A DNA stretch of 64,000 bases, taken from IMG/VR virus record IMGVR_UViG_3300042343_000347; one strand, written 5' to 3'. Position numbers and translations under genes: made by a program. This document shows, piece after piece, positions 12,198-22,059 of this stretch. The stretch comes from a virus. Under the pieces are notes generated by a model. It had not been told where the DNA came from, did not search any database, and saw only the letters and a list, made by a program, of their open reading frames with translations. The number at the start of each line of letters is the position of its first letter. The stretch's first letter is position 1.

Positions 12198-13397
12198 TTA
12201 CTTCCTTACCTGTTGTCCTGCTACAGGTACTACTGTTACTGGGTTAGGTGTAGGTGAGTTGCTGATTGTAGGCGCCCCTGCTACTCCTATCGTATATGGT
12301 GTGACTGACTTATTTGGTATGTCAAACAATATATTTCTGTTTGTACTTATCGGACTACCGAACCCACCTAAAGATTGTCTTAACATGCCTTCTAATTCTT
12401 GTTTAGCAGTAACCTTAAGATTTTTATTTTTGAAAGTATTATATGCAGTGCCTGCTTTTTGAACTGCTCCAAAGAGATTGCCGGATGCTAGGTCTTGTAC
12501 AAATCCACCGGCAGCATCTACAAGTCCACCTTGTCCCAATATAGTGCCATTGGCCCCTGCTTTTTGTATAGGGCTTTCTCTTCTATCATATGTTGCTTGA
12601 TCACCGAATCCAGTAACGATATCGCCGGGCGATCTACCGTCTATAGCGCCTTCATTATATACGACAGTCTCATAATCAACTGTCATAGAATTTTGCATCA
12701 CGCCGCCGCCTTCGTTGTAACTATAAGTGTCGTGGTTAAAATTAGTGATGATTGGATTAATTAAAGTATGTGCTGTGAAACTATGTTGATTGAAACCAAA
12801 TACTGTTATATTTTTAAAGAATGGTACTTTGTGTCCTAATCGAGGAGTTGATGTTTCGCCTATATACCCCCAGTCATCATTTCCCATAATGCTATAATCA
12901 TATATGTTTGATACATCATAATCAGCATTGGTTGATTGTGTGGAATTACTCTGACCATTGTTGGGAGGTACAGCACCTCTCTTGCCTAAGAATACAGTTG
13001 GTTTAGTTGCGTCTGAGTAATAGTAAGTGTAGTAAGCATACCACATTCTATTGATGAGGTTATCATTATCATCATGGAATGTTATGTTTATAGGTTCATA
13101 TCTAATCTTAGTTTGTATTATGCGTTTTCTATTATATTGATTCAACTGCACAGTGTTGAAACTGTATGCAGGGAGTTTTACTTCTTTGACTAATAAGCCT
13201 ATATTTTTATCTACTGAATCTGGCCACGCTTCTGGATTGATATTAAAGTAGGTATGAAATATGAATTTGAGTTTAGGAGCATTTTGATAACTATTAGTCC
13301 TAAACGTCTTGCTGGCGTGGGTGTAATCTCTAAGGTAATCGCTGCCGAAGAATGCTCCGGCAGCGTCCTTAAGTAGGTTTTGAACGAATCCCGCCAT
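12198..13397 (-). CDS. Tail tube-like / tube initiator protein
   Basis: VKEVKLP, NQYNRKR, Y.P.NITFHDD, NP.IT.F.HD match tube-fold paralogues; adjacent to the tube gene. Confidence 0.65.
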   Translation of the reverse strand: MAGFVQNLLKDAAGAFFGSDYLRDYTHASKTFRTNSYQNAPKLKFIFHTYFNINPEAWPDSVDKNIGLLVKEVKLPAYSFNTVQLNQYNRKRIIQTKIRYEPINITFHDDNDNLINRMWYAYYTYYYSDATKPTVFLGKRGAVPPNNGQSNSTQSTNADYDVSNIYDYSIMGNDDWGYIGETSTPRLGHKVPFFKNITVFGFNQHSFTAHTLINPIITNFNHDTYSYNEGGGVMQNSMTVDYETVVYNEGAIDGRSPGDIVTGFGDQATYDRRESPIQKAGANGTILGQGGLVDAAGGFVQDLASGNLFGAVQKAGTAYNTFKNKNLKVTAKQELEGMLRQSLGGFGSPISTNRNILFDIPNKSVTPYTIGVAGAPTISNSPTPNPVTVVPVAGQQVRK

Positions 13398-13416
13398 AGT
13401 CAGGAACTCCTAACTA

Positions 13417-14055
13417 TTAGGTTGTTCCGCCGATACCAGTTACGCTGTCGCCTGATAAGATTCTACCTATGCTTGCGCCAACGCCACTTGATAACGGTGA
13501 TTGTATTGCGTTATCATAACGTATGTTTAATGCGATCTGCATAGGGTCATTAGTAGCATAGTTCATGCCGCCATAGTTAGCACCCTTTAAGAAGCAACCA
13601 TAGCACTCCCATGCTTCTAACACTACTGGAGCACTAGTGCCGTTACCGCCATCTAGCACTTCCATATTAACTTGGAACTTGTAGTCTTGACCTGTAGCCG
13701 CTGAAGCCTGTTCTACGAAATCTAACTGCTTCTGCAATTGCTGACCTACCGCTCTTGAAACTGTGCCTGAAGCATCGTCACGAACGTTAATTGTTAGTTC
13801 TGACCATGTATGCTTACCAGCAAGATAGATTCTTGAGTTGTAGACGTTTAGTGTTACTTCGTCAAATGTTAAATTAGGACGTGTGCAGTCTACTACTTGT
13901 TTAGTTAATGATAATCCGCCTGCAGCATCAACTCCGAAATTCAAGAAGTTGACTCTAAAGCGATATTGTAGTTTTGGCATTAACAGGCCCTGATTGCCAC
14001 CGGCATTATCAGATGCTACTGTCATGTTGAACAATGATTGTGAGGCTGTTGCCAT
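13417..14055 (-). CDS. gp19: Tail tube protein
   Basis: PKLQYRFRV, RPNLTF, YLAGK.TW, W...GCF; follows the sheath gene. Confidence 0.85.
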   Translation of the reverse strand: MATASQSLFNMTVASDNAGGNQGLLMPKLQYRFRVNFLNFGVDAAGGLSLTKQVVDCTRPNLTFDEVTLNVYNSRIYLAGKHTWSELTINVRDDASGTVSRAVGQQLQKQLDFVEQASAATGQDYKFQVNMEVLDGGNGTSAPVVLEAWECYGCFLKGANYGGMNYATNDPMQIALNIRYDNAIQSPLSSGVGASIGRILSGDSVTGIGGTT

Positions 14056-14126
14056 TTGTAAATTCTCCTACTTTAAAGTATTTATCAATTTAAGAGCCCC
14101 TCGCGAGGCTCTCTTTATATTTTCTA

Positions 14127-17100
14127 TTACGCTCCTGACAACTCACCTGTGTTCAAGACACGAACTGGGATGTAGATGAACTCAGCAGCCTTGACAGGCT
14201 CAATTGCTACGTCTACCCACAACTCATTGCGATCTATTCTAGCAGGAGTGTTGTTAGATTCATCACAGATTACCAAGTAATCATAGATGCCTCGTTTAGC
14301 AACAAGATCAACAAATAGTGATTCGATAACACCTGCAATCTGTTGACGAGTCAACTGATCATTTGGTTCGAATACGAATGGTCTTGCGGCTATAGTCAAC
14401 TGTCGACGGACATAAGCGATCAAACGTGCTACGTTTGTTCTATCCAACGCACTCTGACTATTGAATGATGTCTTGTTACCATAGTTCAACAATCCGTTGC
14501 CAGTGAAGAACACTAATGGGTTGATGAAGTTGATGTATAACACATCACGGATGCCGATACGTGTCTTGATGACTTGGAACTCACCAGTATCACGATCTAA
14601 GTAACCGATATTCAATGCATTATCGATGATACCACGACGAGTACCTGCTGCCGCTAACCAAGGATAAGCGACTGTATCGTTACGCAAGAATGTGCGCAAC
14701 ATCATGTGTGATGCTGGAACTGCCACTTCGTTACCACTCAAGTCTAGTGCGATACCACTTGGGTAGAACAAGCCTAGATAAGTGTTGCGAGTTACACAAC
14801 CTGTTTCACCTGTGCTTGTAGCACCTGCAGCATTAGTTGCCCATGCTTGAATTGCTGTTGCATCATCAGGTAATCCCATTGGAGTGTCACCTAAGATGTA
14901 TGCTGTTTCACCGCGATCACTATTCAATACAACCATGTTAGGCTGTAGTTCTGGATAGTTAGGTGTTGCCATCAAGTTGAAGAAATTATCTTCATCACGT
15001 ATAGCAGTATTTGTATCTACTACTGAACGCATTGCCGCAACAACCATTGCTCTTTGAGCCTTACGACCCATGTACGGTGCACCGTTTGACTGCAAGCCGC
15101 TTGCTGACACCCATGTGCTACGTATAGTTGGGATCGTTTGATCTGGGAAACTCAATGAATTGAAGTAATTGTTTCTCCACTGCTTGACGTTATATCCTGA
15201 ACGGCGTGTGTTAAACAACAACATACCTACTGGATATAGATTTGCATTTGGAGCATCTAAGTCTATGTTTGAACTTAGCAACAATGACTTGATTGTTGGA
15301 ATCGGATCATTTGCTGGGTTGATTGTATTTTGATTTGATGACCAACGTGCATCAGCAAACAATATACCTGAACCTGAAACTTGATCTGTGTTGTCGATCA
15401 ATACCCATGTATCAACACCGTCAACTTGCTGCCAACGCAAGATTACTGGATAATTTTCTAGATCGCTAGTGTCTACCCATATATCACCATATGCTAATGG
15501 TGTGCCATCACTCTGTGTAGTTGGCAAACTTGCGCTTACTATAGGTCCGTTTGGATCTGTAGTATTAGCACCACTTGGTAGTGGGAAGCCATTGCTATTG
15601 AAGTTTACTGTACGATATCCTCTCCAACCTGCTGCTGTATTTACCATGATATCACATTCATCAGCGACACTATAGAACCAGTTAGTTCCGTTTGCAGGAA
15701 TCTCTGTCGGCGCGCCTTCGTTTGCTGTGTAGTCAAATTCTACCCAGTTACTCAACATTACGCCATTCTTAGGAGCAGGGCCGTCACTATTAGTTGATAT
15801 AGCAATCTTGCTGATAGGACCAGTTGGGCCAGCACCAGTGATAACTGCCACTATTACTTCTAGATCGTTAGTACCAGTAGTACCGCCTAAGTTAGCACCA
15901 TTGATTGTGATGCTATCACCTACTGCGTAACCAGTGCCCGCTGCTGCTAAAGCAGTGACATGATATTGCTGTGTCTTCATATCAGCCGAGTTTAATTTGT
16001 CTACAACGAACTGAGCGCCAGTACCGCCACCTGAAGTAGTGTTTTGTCCTACTGTGAAAGTTGTATTGATGAAGAAACCTGTCTTGCAGCCTTCTGTAGT
16101 TCCTGCCACAAATCCAGCCTGACTCATCAAGTTTTGACTTAGACCAGTTGTTGGGCTGATATCATCTACCATGATGCTACCACCAAGTGTATGAGTGATC
16201 TGGATAGCACCATCAGTGCCTACTGTAGCAGTTGTATACGGAATGACTGCCGCTTGCCATGCTGCTACGAAATCTTCAGCAAATGTGTTATCTGCTAATG
16301 AGAATGCATATGGTCCTGTCCATCCTGTGCTATTTGGTGTAGTGATATACACATTAGCAGTATATGGGCCTGTACTAAAACTTGGTGCTGTGTCAGTACC
16401 TGTAACTACAGTTGGGCCAGTTGCTAGACGCTTCCATAGATAAACCATACTCTCATCGAACTGAGCATTGAAATCATATTGACCGTATACTGTTCCTGCA
16501 GGGATAGCCTGGCCACCTGTTGAATCTAGCGCCGCTATGGCTGCCGCATCACCTATTGCTAATGATACGCTCTTAGATCTCCAAGCACTTGCTACTGCAT
16601 CGTACTCTTTGACTGAAGGGACTAGACCATTTCCTGATGCTCCTACCTTCAACCATACTGAACCAGTTGGACGAGGTGTTTGTTGTCCAGCACCCCATAA
16701 TGGCATACCTGCTGATGTAGCATAATATACTATAGGCGGGTAATAGATAGATGGTGTGATGCCCATATCAGCCAATACAGTACCGGTGATAGCAGTTAGA
16801 TTGATACCTGCTGAATTACCGCAGAAAATTTGTAATCGACCTGAACTATTAACAGAAGCAGTTATACCCTGCCATCCTAAGTTATTGATCTCGGTCGCGA
16901 CTCCTTGAACTGTGTTATTACCTAGTCCAGGTACTATGATCTCAGCATTTGCTAACTCTATCGGATAGTCTCCTGCTAGTGTTACGCTGAATTTGTCACC
17001 TGCGTTCAATGTTGGATTGCTCTGTGTACCGACTACTGCAGGTACGCTTTCTTGCCATTCAATAGAACCTACTGCTACCCAAGTATTGTTAGGATTCTTG

Positions 17101-17717
17101 TAGAAATACTCTCTTGCAGTTGGGCTTGCTGGGCTTGCTGTATTTTGTATTGCAATAACAGCATAGTCGCCAACGCTTCCTAGATAACCTGCTGGCTTGC
17201 CAGCAACTAAATTATCTGAATCAGTTATTACTAATGGAAGTTTGTTAGAGAATAAACTAGTTGAAGCACTCCATTCAAAGATGCCCCAAGTAGTTGATGT
17301 AGTATCTAGCCAGAAAGCGCCATTCTCTGGTTCGCCAGTTGGGCGACCTGTCTGACCTACTAGACTTGCTAAATCAATGTCTGCTCTTAATACGTAGCAA
17401 CGATTAGTCACACCCAATGATGAGTATGCCGCTAGCAAACCGTATTCGTTCAATTCATAACCTTGAATTGGAGTGCCATCAGCAGTCTCATAGAAGAACG
17501 GTGTACCATATAGTGACACAAGATCACGTTGACTTGTGACTTGGAACAACTTACCAGCATTTGCAGCAGTTGTTGCCTGTGCAATACCAGTACCGTTCGG
17601 GTTTGCTTTGTCTTGTGCTGTCGCTACAACTACAAGAGGAACTGAATTTGTTGGGGCAGGAAGATATTGACTTTGGTCAATGATTGTAACTTCTACGCCA
17701 GGTGATGTAAGTGCCAT
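14127..17717 (-). CDS. gp18: Contractile tail sheath protein with large insertions
   Basis: MALTSPGVEV start (ATG 17717 with SD); C-terminal PWLAAAG.RRG, FEPND, CDESNNTPARID, P.KAAEFIYI. Confidence 0.93.
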   Translation of the reverse strand: MALTSPGVEVTIIDQSQYLPAPTNSVPLVVVATAQDKANPNGTGIAQATTAANAGKLFQVTSQRDLVSLYGTPFFYETADGTPIQGYELNEYGLLAAYSSLGVTNRCYVLRADIDLASLVGQTGRPTGEPENGAFWLDTTSTTWGIFEWSASTSLFSNKLPLVITDSDNLVAGKPAGYLGSVGDYAVIAIQNTASPASPTAREYFYKNPNNTWVAVGSIEWQESVPAVVGTQSNPTLNAGDKFSVTLAGDYPIELANAEIIVPGLGNNTVQGVATEINNLGWQGITASVNSSGRLQIFCGNSAGINLTAITGTVLADMGITPSIYYPPIVYYATSAGMPLWGAGQQTPRPTGSVWLKVGASGNGLVPSVKEYDAVASAWRSKSVSLAIGDAAAIAALDSTGGQAIPAGTVYGQYDFNAQFDESMVYLWKRLATGPTVVTGTDTAPSFSTGPYTANVYITTPNSTGWTGPYAFSLADNTFAEDFVAAWQAAVIPYTTATVGTDGAIQITHTLGGSIMVDDISPTTGLSQNLMSQAGFVAGTTEGCKTGFFINTTFTVGQNTTSGGGTGAQFVVDKLNSADMKTQQYHVTALAAAGTGYAVGDSITINGANLGGTTGTNDLEVIVAVITGAGPTGPISKIAISTNSDGPAPKNGVMLSNWVEFDYTANEGAPTEIPANGTNWFYSVADECDIMVNTAAGWRGYRTVNFNSNGFPLPSGANTTDPNGPIVSASLPTTQSDGTPLAYGDIWVDTSDLENYPVILRWQQVDGVDTWVLIDNTDQVSGSGILFADARWSSNQNTINPANDPIPTIKSLLLSSNIDLDAPNANLYPVGMLLFNTRRSGYNVKQWRNNYFNSLSFPDQTIPTIRSTWVSASGLQSNGAPYMGRKAQRAMVVAAMRSVVDTNTAIRDEDNFFNLMATPNYPELQPNMVVLNSDRGETAYILGDTPMGLPDDATAIQAWATNAAGATSTGETGCVTRNTYLGLFYPSGIALDLSGNEVAVPASHMMLRTFLRNDTVAYPWLAAAGTRRGIIDNALNIGYLDRDTGEFQVIKTRIGIRDVLYINFINPLVFFTGNGLLNYGNKTSFNSQSALDRTNVARLIAYVRRQLTIAARPFVFEPNDQLTRQQIAGVIESLFVDLVAKRGIYDYLVICDESNNTPARIDRNELWVDVAIEPVKAAEFIYIPVRVLNTGELSGA

Positions 17718-17841
17718 TTTATTGTTTCCTATAATGTTATATTTTGAGGGTAACAACCCTAATACGCTTACTATTATTTAGTATAGATATCAAAAAAGTG
17801 AGGACAATGAGACCTTCGAAGGTTATTTAATAAATACATGC

Positions 17842-18195
17842 ATGGGACTCATTAGGCCGATATGCAAGCAATGTAACAAGAACCCTAGGGCGATTAATTA
17901 TATCCGCGACGGGGTGAAGCATTACCGCAGTATATGTGATGAATGCGGCAAAAAGAAAAATAAAGTTAAAGCAAGACCTACTAATTGGGTACGAGCAGGA
18001 TACAAGAAGAAAGCGATATGTGACATATGCGGCTTTCAAAGCATATATCCCGCACAGATGACGGTGTTTCACATAGACGGAGACCTCAGAAATACCATAT
18101 TCAGTAATCTAAGGTCTATATGTCTTAACTGCGTAGAGGTAGTAAAACGTCAACGAGTCACTTGGAAGAGGGGTGACTTACAAGTTGATTATTAG
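17842..18195 (+). CDS. Zn-binding HNH-like protein
   Basis: Several CxxC pairs; FHIDGD..N...NL..ICLNC. Confidence 0.65.
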   Translation: MGLIRPICKQCNKNPRAINYIRDGVKHYRSICDECGKKKNKVKARPTNWVRAGYKKKAICDICGFQSIYPAQMTVFHIDGDLRNTIFSNLRSICLNCVEVVKRQRVTWKRGDLQVDY

Positions 18196-18810
18196 ATCGA
18201 CTTTCCTATGTAGATCATCGATTGTTCCGTTATTATCGATATAACAGTCATACTCTAAGCCCACACTACTATATTCGCTAGCATGAACATTGTGCTTTTC
18301 TAATATCTCTACAGCAGACTTATACCCGGGACTATAAAACCCTTTGCTGAATGTCACGGCAGCATCATACCATGGGGGATTTTGTCCCCTAAATACACGT
18401 ATAGTAGTACCACCTGCACGTTTGATAGCCTTAAGTTCATTGGGGAATCTGCAATCACTGATTACTACATTATTACGTATACCGCGCAACTTGTTTTCTA
18501 TGCTAGCGATCCAGATATCGTCATGGAAAGCCCTACGACCCACTTCAGTTCCCCATTGTTGAAGTACCCAGCGAGGTGTCAAATGCTTGATATCTAGTCT
18601 TTCTGACCACCAAGGATCTACTTGATCTCTCCATTCTCTACTATATCGTGTGCTACCTTCTAGCAATTCACGATCCCAACCAAAAATACTTGCTACTGCA
18701 TCCTTGAGGGGTCCAGCATAACTCATTCGCTGAAAGCCCTTAAATCGAATCAAATAATCTGCTACTGTGTCTTTGCCGCTACCTATAAACCCAGCGATTC
18801 CTACAATCAT
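18178..18810 (-). CDS. Deoxynucleoside monophosphate kinase
   Basis: GFIGSGKDT P-loop, R..LQ..GTE, ISDCRFPNE, H.SE. Confidence 0.9.
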   Translation of the reverse strand: MIVGIAGFIGSGKDTVADYLIRFKGFQRMSYAGPLKDAVASIFGWDRELLEGSTRYSREWRDQVDPWWSERLDIKHLTPRWVLQQWGTEVGRRAFHDDIWIASIENKLRGIRNNVVISDCRFPNELKAIKRAGGTTIRVFRGQNPPWYDAAVTFSKGFYSPGYKSAVEILEKHNVHASEYSSVGLEYDCYIDNNGTIDDLHRKVDLIINL

Positions 18811-18837
18811 GTTAGGCCCTTTATATTGAATGTATAT

Positions 18838-18866
18838 ATTGTATTATACTATGTAGGACTTGTCAA
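18838..18866 (-). promoter_or_regulatory. Sigma70-type promoter for the dNMP kinase
   Basis: TTGACA-17-TACAAT. Confidence 0.65.
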
Positions 18867-20011
18867 TGTGTTTCGTTACCTATATCGAAAAATTTTACTA
18901 ATTTATCATGCAGAGAATCATAAGGTCTGTCCCAAAATACTTTACGATTGTGTTCCAATATCTCTTTGTCTTTGACGTACAGTTCATGCAAACTTTCAAT
19001 GGGCAATTCTAATAGTTCTTTAGCAGTTTCTAAAAATGCTTCGAATCTTTGCTCATTATCTTCTATGTAATCATATGTATAATCGATCCAATCAGGAAAT
19101 AGAAATCCATATGATTTGATATGATCTATCATGCCCTGATAGCCGAACGGTAATATAAAGTGCCCCTTGATCAATGGGTCCCAGGTCTTTTCTGTTATAG
19201 ATTTATAAGGGCTGTCTTTATGTATATTACCAGTCAATGTTTCACAATACAGACTAAAATATGTATTTTCATAATATCGATTGGCTACTGGATGCCATCC
19301 TCCTTCAGCCAAGAACTTATTAGTAAAAGAATTTTCTGCTTCTAGTATATTACCTTTCACAGGATCACTAACATAACCTTGATCAGCATACGGCTCTAAA
19401 AAATATGCTAAGTCTTTCCTGTATTCTAAACGCAGATGTTGAAAATCATATATGCGATTAGGACACAAAAACTTTTTCATAGAACCGTGTTTTTCTATAG
19501 GTCTTAATGCAAAACTTTTTGCGTCTGTGCCATGAGTATAGAGCCTATCTTTTAAATCGATCTTATCATACTCTGTGAAATATATCTTTTGCCTATTCCA
19601 TAAAAAATCATAATATAATTCTCTATGCTGTGCAAAGTTAGGATGCACTATCACTATATCATTGGGTATTTCTTGTTCTAATAATTTTCTGATGTAAAGA
19701 TAATAAGTCGTATCGGCAAATACATTGTCAATATGAAAAATATGAAGGAACAATAATTTTTGTTCTGGTCTTAGATTAAGACTTTTGATCTCTATTACTT
19801 TTTGTATTAGATTTATTTCAGGAAACAAATCATGCCCTTGTAATGCAATGATATCTGCCTGTTTGATGTCAGTGACATATTCCCAATCTTGAAATTCTAT
19901 GTCAAAAGGTAGAAAGTTTTTATGGTAGTCTTTCAAGAAGACATCTCCTATATGTCTTCCTGGATTGAATATCTTTAACATGCCTAAATCGTGTATTAGC
20001 CTTGTATCCAA
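18863..20011 (-). CDS. Putative glycosyltransferase (GT-B, GT10-like), paralogue 1
   Basis: YFSLYCET...ITEKTWDPL.KGHF...GF....IDY.YD; similar along its length to 52292..53452. Confidence 0.55.
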   Translation of the reverse strand: MDTRLIHDLGMLKIFNPGRHIGDVFLKDYHKNFLPFDIEFQDWEYVTDIKQADIIALQGHDLFPEINLIQKVIEIKSLNLRPEQKLLFLHIFHIDNVFADTTYYLYIRKLLEQEIPNDIVIVHPNFAQHRELYYDFLWNRQKIYFTEYDKIDLKDRLYTHGTDAKSFALRPIEKHGSMKKFLCPNRIYDFQHLRLEYRKDLAYFLEPYADQGYVSDPVKGNILEAENSFTNKFLAEGGWHPVANRYYENTYFSLYCETLTGNIHKDSPYKSITEKTWDPLIKGHFILPFGYQGMIDHIKSYGFLFPDWIDYTYDYIEDNEQRFEAFLETAKELLELPIESLHELYVKDKEILEHNRKVFWDRPYDSLHDKLVKFFDIGNETH

Positions 20012-20781
20012 GTCAATGGCTGGCTGTAATCTTGATAACGCTTCAAGTCTTCAAGCAAACGTTCCATATCGGCTTTGCCTTCACTCTTCATAGCAGTACC
20101 GTTCAAACTCGTACCACCACCCGGGCCTGCAATGGTACCAAATTTCTCACGGGCTTCACCGATGATAATCTTGAGTTGTGCTAAGATAAAATCAGCGAGC
20201 CATATGCCAGCACCTGGATCTTGCAATATCTCAGTCTCAGGACGTGTGATATCTGCCCAGATCAATACACGCTCACCTGTTCCCTTGAAGTCACGCACAG
20301 TACGCAATACTTTAGTGACAGGATTGAATGTATATGTGACATATCCACCGAACATACGTGCTGCCAATTCTACATATCCAGCATAGAAATCATATGTTGC
20401 CATGCCGCCTGTATAGTTATAATTCAACAGATAAGTGTTGAGGATAGCACTACTAAATGGGTCAAAACTTGTGCTTGAAGGACCAGTCTCAAGACCAACA
20501 GTTCTACGGAAAATAGCACGAACGTTGATGAATTCGCTAGGAAGCGTATATGTGTCAATGTTCTTTATGATAGTCATCAAAGTGTAACTCTCCTGAGTAG
20601 CGTTTTGCGCTCTCTGACGATACACTTTGATAGCATAATCATATGCTGCCTCATAATGCTGAGGATCTAATTCAAGATCGATGATGTCACCACCTAAGCG
20701 TAACCTTAGGTTGTCGAACATCGCGTCTTTTAGTTGCTGTAAGTTAGCATTAGTTGGTGTTGATAGTGGATCCGCAGCCAT
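19996..20781 (-). CDS. gp13: Neck protein (gp13-like)
   Basis: LRLG..IIDLEL, K.IIGEAR.KF..I.GPGGG..LNG. Confidence 0.85.
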   Translation of the reverse strand: MAADPLSTPTNANLQQLKDAMFDNLRLRLGGDIIDLELDPQHYEAAYDYAIKVYRQRAQNATQESYTLMTIIKNIDTYTLPSEFINVRAIFRRTVGLETGPSSTSFDPFSSAILNTYLLNYNYTGGMATYDFYAGYVELAARMFGGYVTYTFNPVTKVLRTVRDFKGTGERVLIWADITRPETEILQDPGAGIWLADFILAQLKIIIGEAREKFGTIAGPGGGTSLNGTAMKSEGKADMERLLEDLKRYQDYSQPLTWIQG

Positions 20782-20821
20782 GTTATATTCCGATTAATAT
20801 GTGTATTTATCGGAATACCTA

Positions 20822-21421
20822 TCATTCGAAAAGACTATTGAACACCGGGGCGGTCCCTGCCATTTGTATAAATCTCTTCATCCCGCAATCTGTGATCCTA
20901 AAAGCATAACTATTTCCGTCTTTATATTCTAAAAACGCAGGGCTATTTTTACTGCTTTTGATACTACAGGATTCAAGTATAGTTCCAGTCTGGAAGTAAT
21001 GATCGTGCAAAATCGATCTAGCATCTTCATATGCTTTACGCAACTCATTCTGTAGATCAGGGTCGTCATGAAAATGCACGACTGCGGCTTTACCCACTTT
21101 GCCGGTTTCTACATCAATAATCACTCTATACTGGCTTTGTAATTTCTGTTTGAACGAGGTTTTATCCCAAGAATTAGCCAATATATTAGTATGTGTCATA
21201 GTGCCCACTGTGTGCGCGGCGCTACTAGAACTTTTTCTAGTTTTGATTTCTAATAATAGGTCAGGCATATCAATGACACTATCCGATCTAACATTAAAAC
21301 CTTGACGGCGTAATTCATTTTCGATCTCTCTTCCCATGCTACCATCATTACAATGTTTAGCATTGGGAAAATATAAATGATCAAAATTTACTTTTAACAA
21401 TTTAGCTCGGATAGCACTCAT
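20822..21421 (-). CDS. PD-(D/E)xK endonuclease-like protein (MutH/Sau3AI-like)
   Basis: G.EIE..L...G...D.PD...EIKTR. Confidence 0.5.
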   Translation of the reverse strand: MSAIRAKLLKVNFDHLYFPNAKHCNDGSMGREIENELRRQGFNVRSDSVIDMPDLLLEIKTRKSSSSAAHTVGTMTHTNILANSWDKTSFKQKLQSQYRVIIDVETGKVGKAAVVHFHDDPDLQNELRKAYEDARSILHDHYFQTGTILESCSIKSSKNSPAFLEYKDGNSYAFRITDCGMKRFIQMAGTAPVFNSLFE

Positions 21422-21867
21422 AAATCACCTTCTTTGCGGTTCTCGCTGTGGAATACGTCAAAGTGTCCGCCCGGGTATCGGGCCTGCAACTTCTTGACAT
21501 TTTCGGCTACTACATCATTAGGATCAAGATTCAATGCACGACAAGCATTGACCCAATACCACATGATGTCACCTAGTTCACGCTTCATGTGAAACAATGT
21601 CTCATTGTTAAGCGGCTTACCCTGAAACGTGATCTTCTTTACGATCTCTTGAAACTCGCCAGTCTCACTACCTAGACCGATAGCACCACAAAGCAACAAT
21701 GGAACGTTGATATCCGGTCCATGCATGTATTCGCCGTTGGGTCCATATGCTTCATAGTTCCCATCAAGCCTATCTAACTGATTCATGAACGTGGTAAGAT
21801 CATGACTCTCTTTGCTAGTTACAGCCTCTACGAATTCCATATATTTGTTTAAATCGACATTATTCAT
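21418..21867 (-). CDS. mazG: MazG-like NTP pyrophosphohydrolase
   Basis: E.GE..E..KK, ELGDIMWY, N..KL..RYP. Confidence 0.88.
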   Translation of the reverse strand: MNNVDLNKYMEFVEAVTSKESHDLTTFMNQLDRLDGNYEAYGPNGEYMHGPDINVPLLLCGAIGLGSETGEFQEIVKKITFQGKPLNNETLFHMKRELGDIMWYWVNACRALNLDPNDVVAENVKKLQARYPGGHFDVFHSENRKEGDL

Positions 21868-22058
21868 ACTAACTCCTTGAACATTTTTTTTCTACCATCT
21901 TCGCCTAGTACTTGATCAAAAATCTCTCTAGTTCTTTGCATCATAGCACACGCTAACATCAACTGATCATGTGGATTTTCTGCTGAAAAAATAGCAGTAT
22001 CAATGATAGTCATCAATGCTTCCATTCTTTTTTCTATTGGATCGAATGAATCAGTCAT
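21864..22058 (-). CDS. Hypothetical protein
   Basis: 64-aa ORF coupled to its neighbours. Confidence 0.6.
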   Translation of the reverse strand: MTDSFDPIEKRMEALMTIIDTAIFSAENPHDQLMLACAMMQRTREIFDQVLGEDGRKKMFKELV

Positions 22059-22059
22059 A

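Noticed and set aside
14092-14116. Hairpin between sheath and tube genes as a terminator
   Set aside because: Imperfect stem and no U-tract on the coding strand; may be a stability element only
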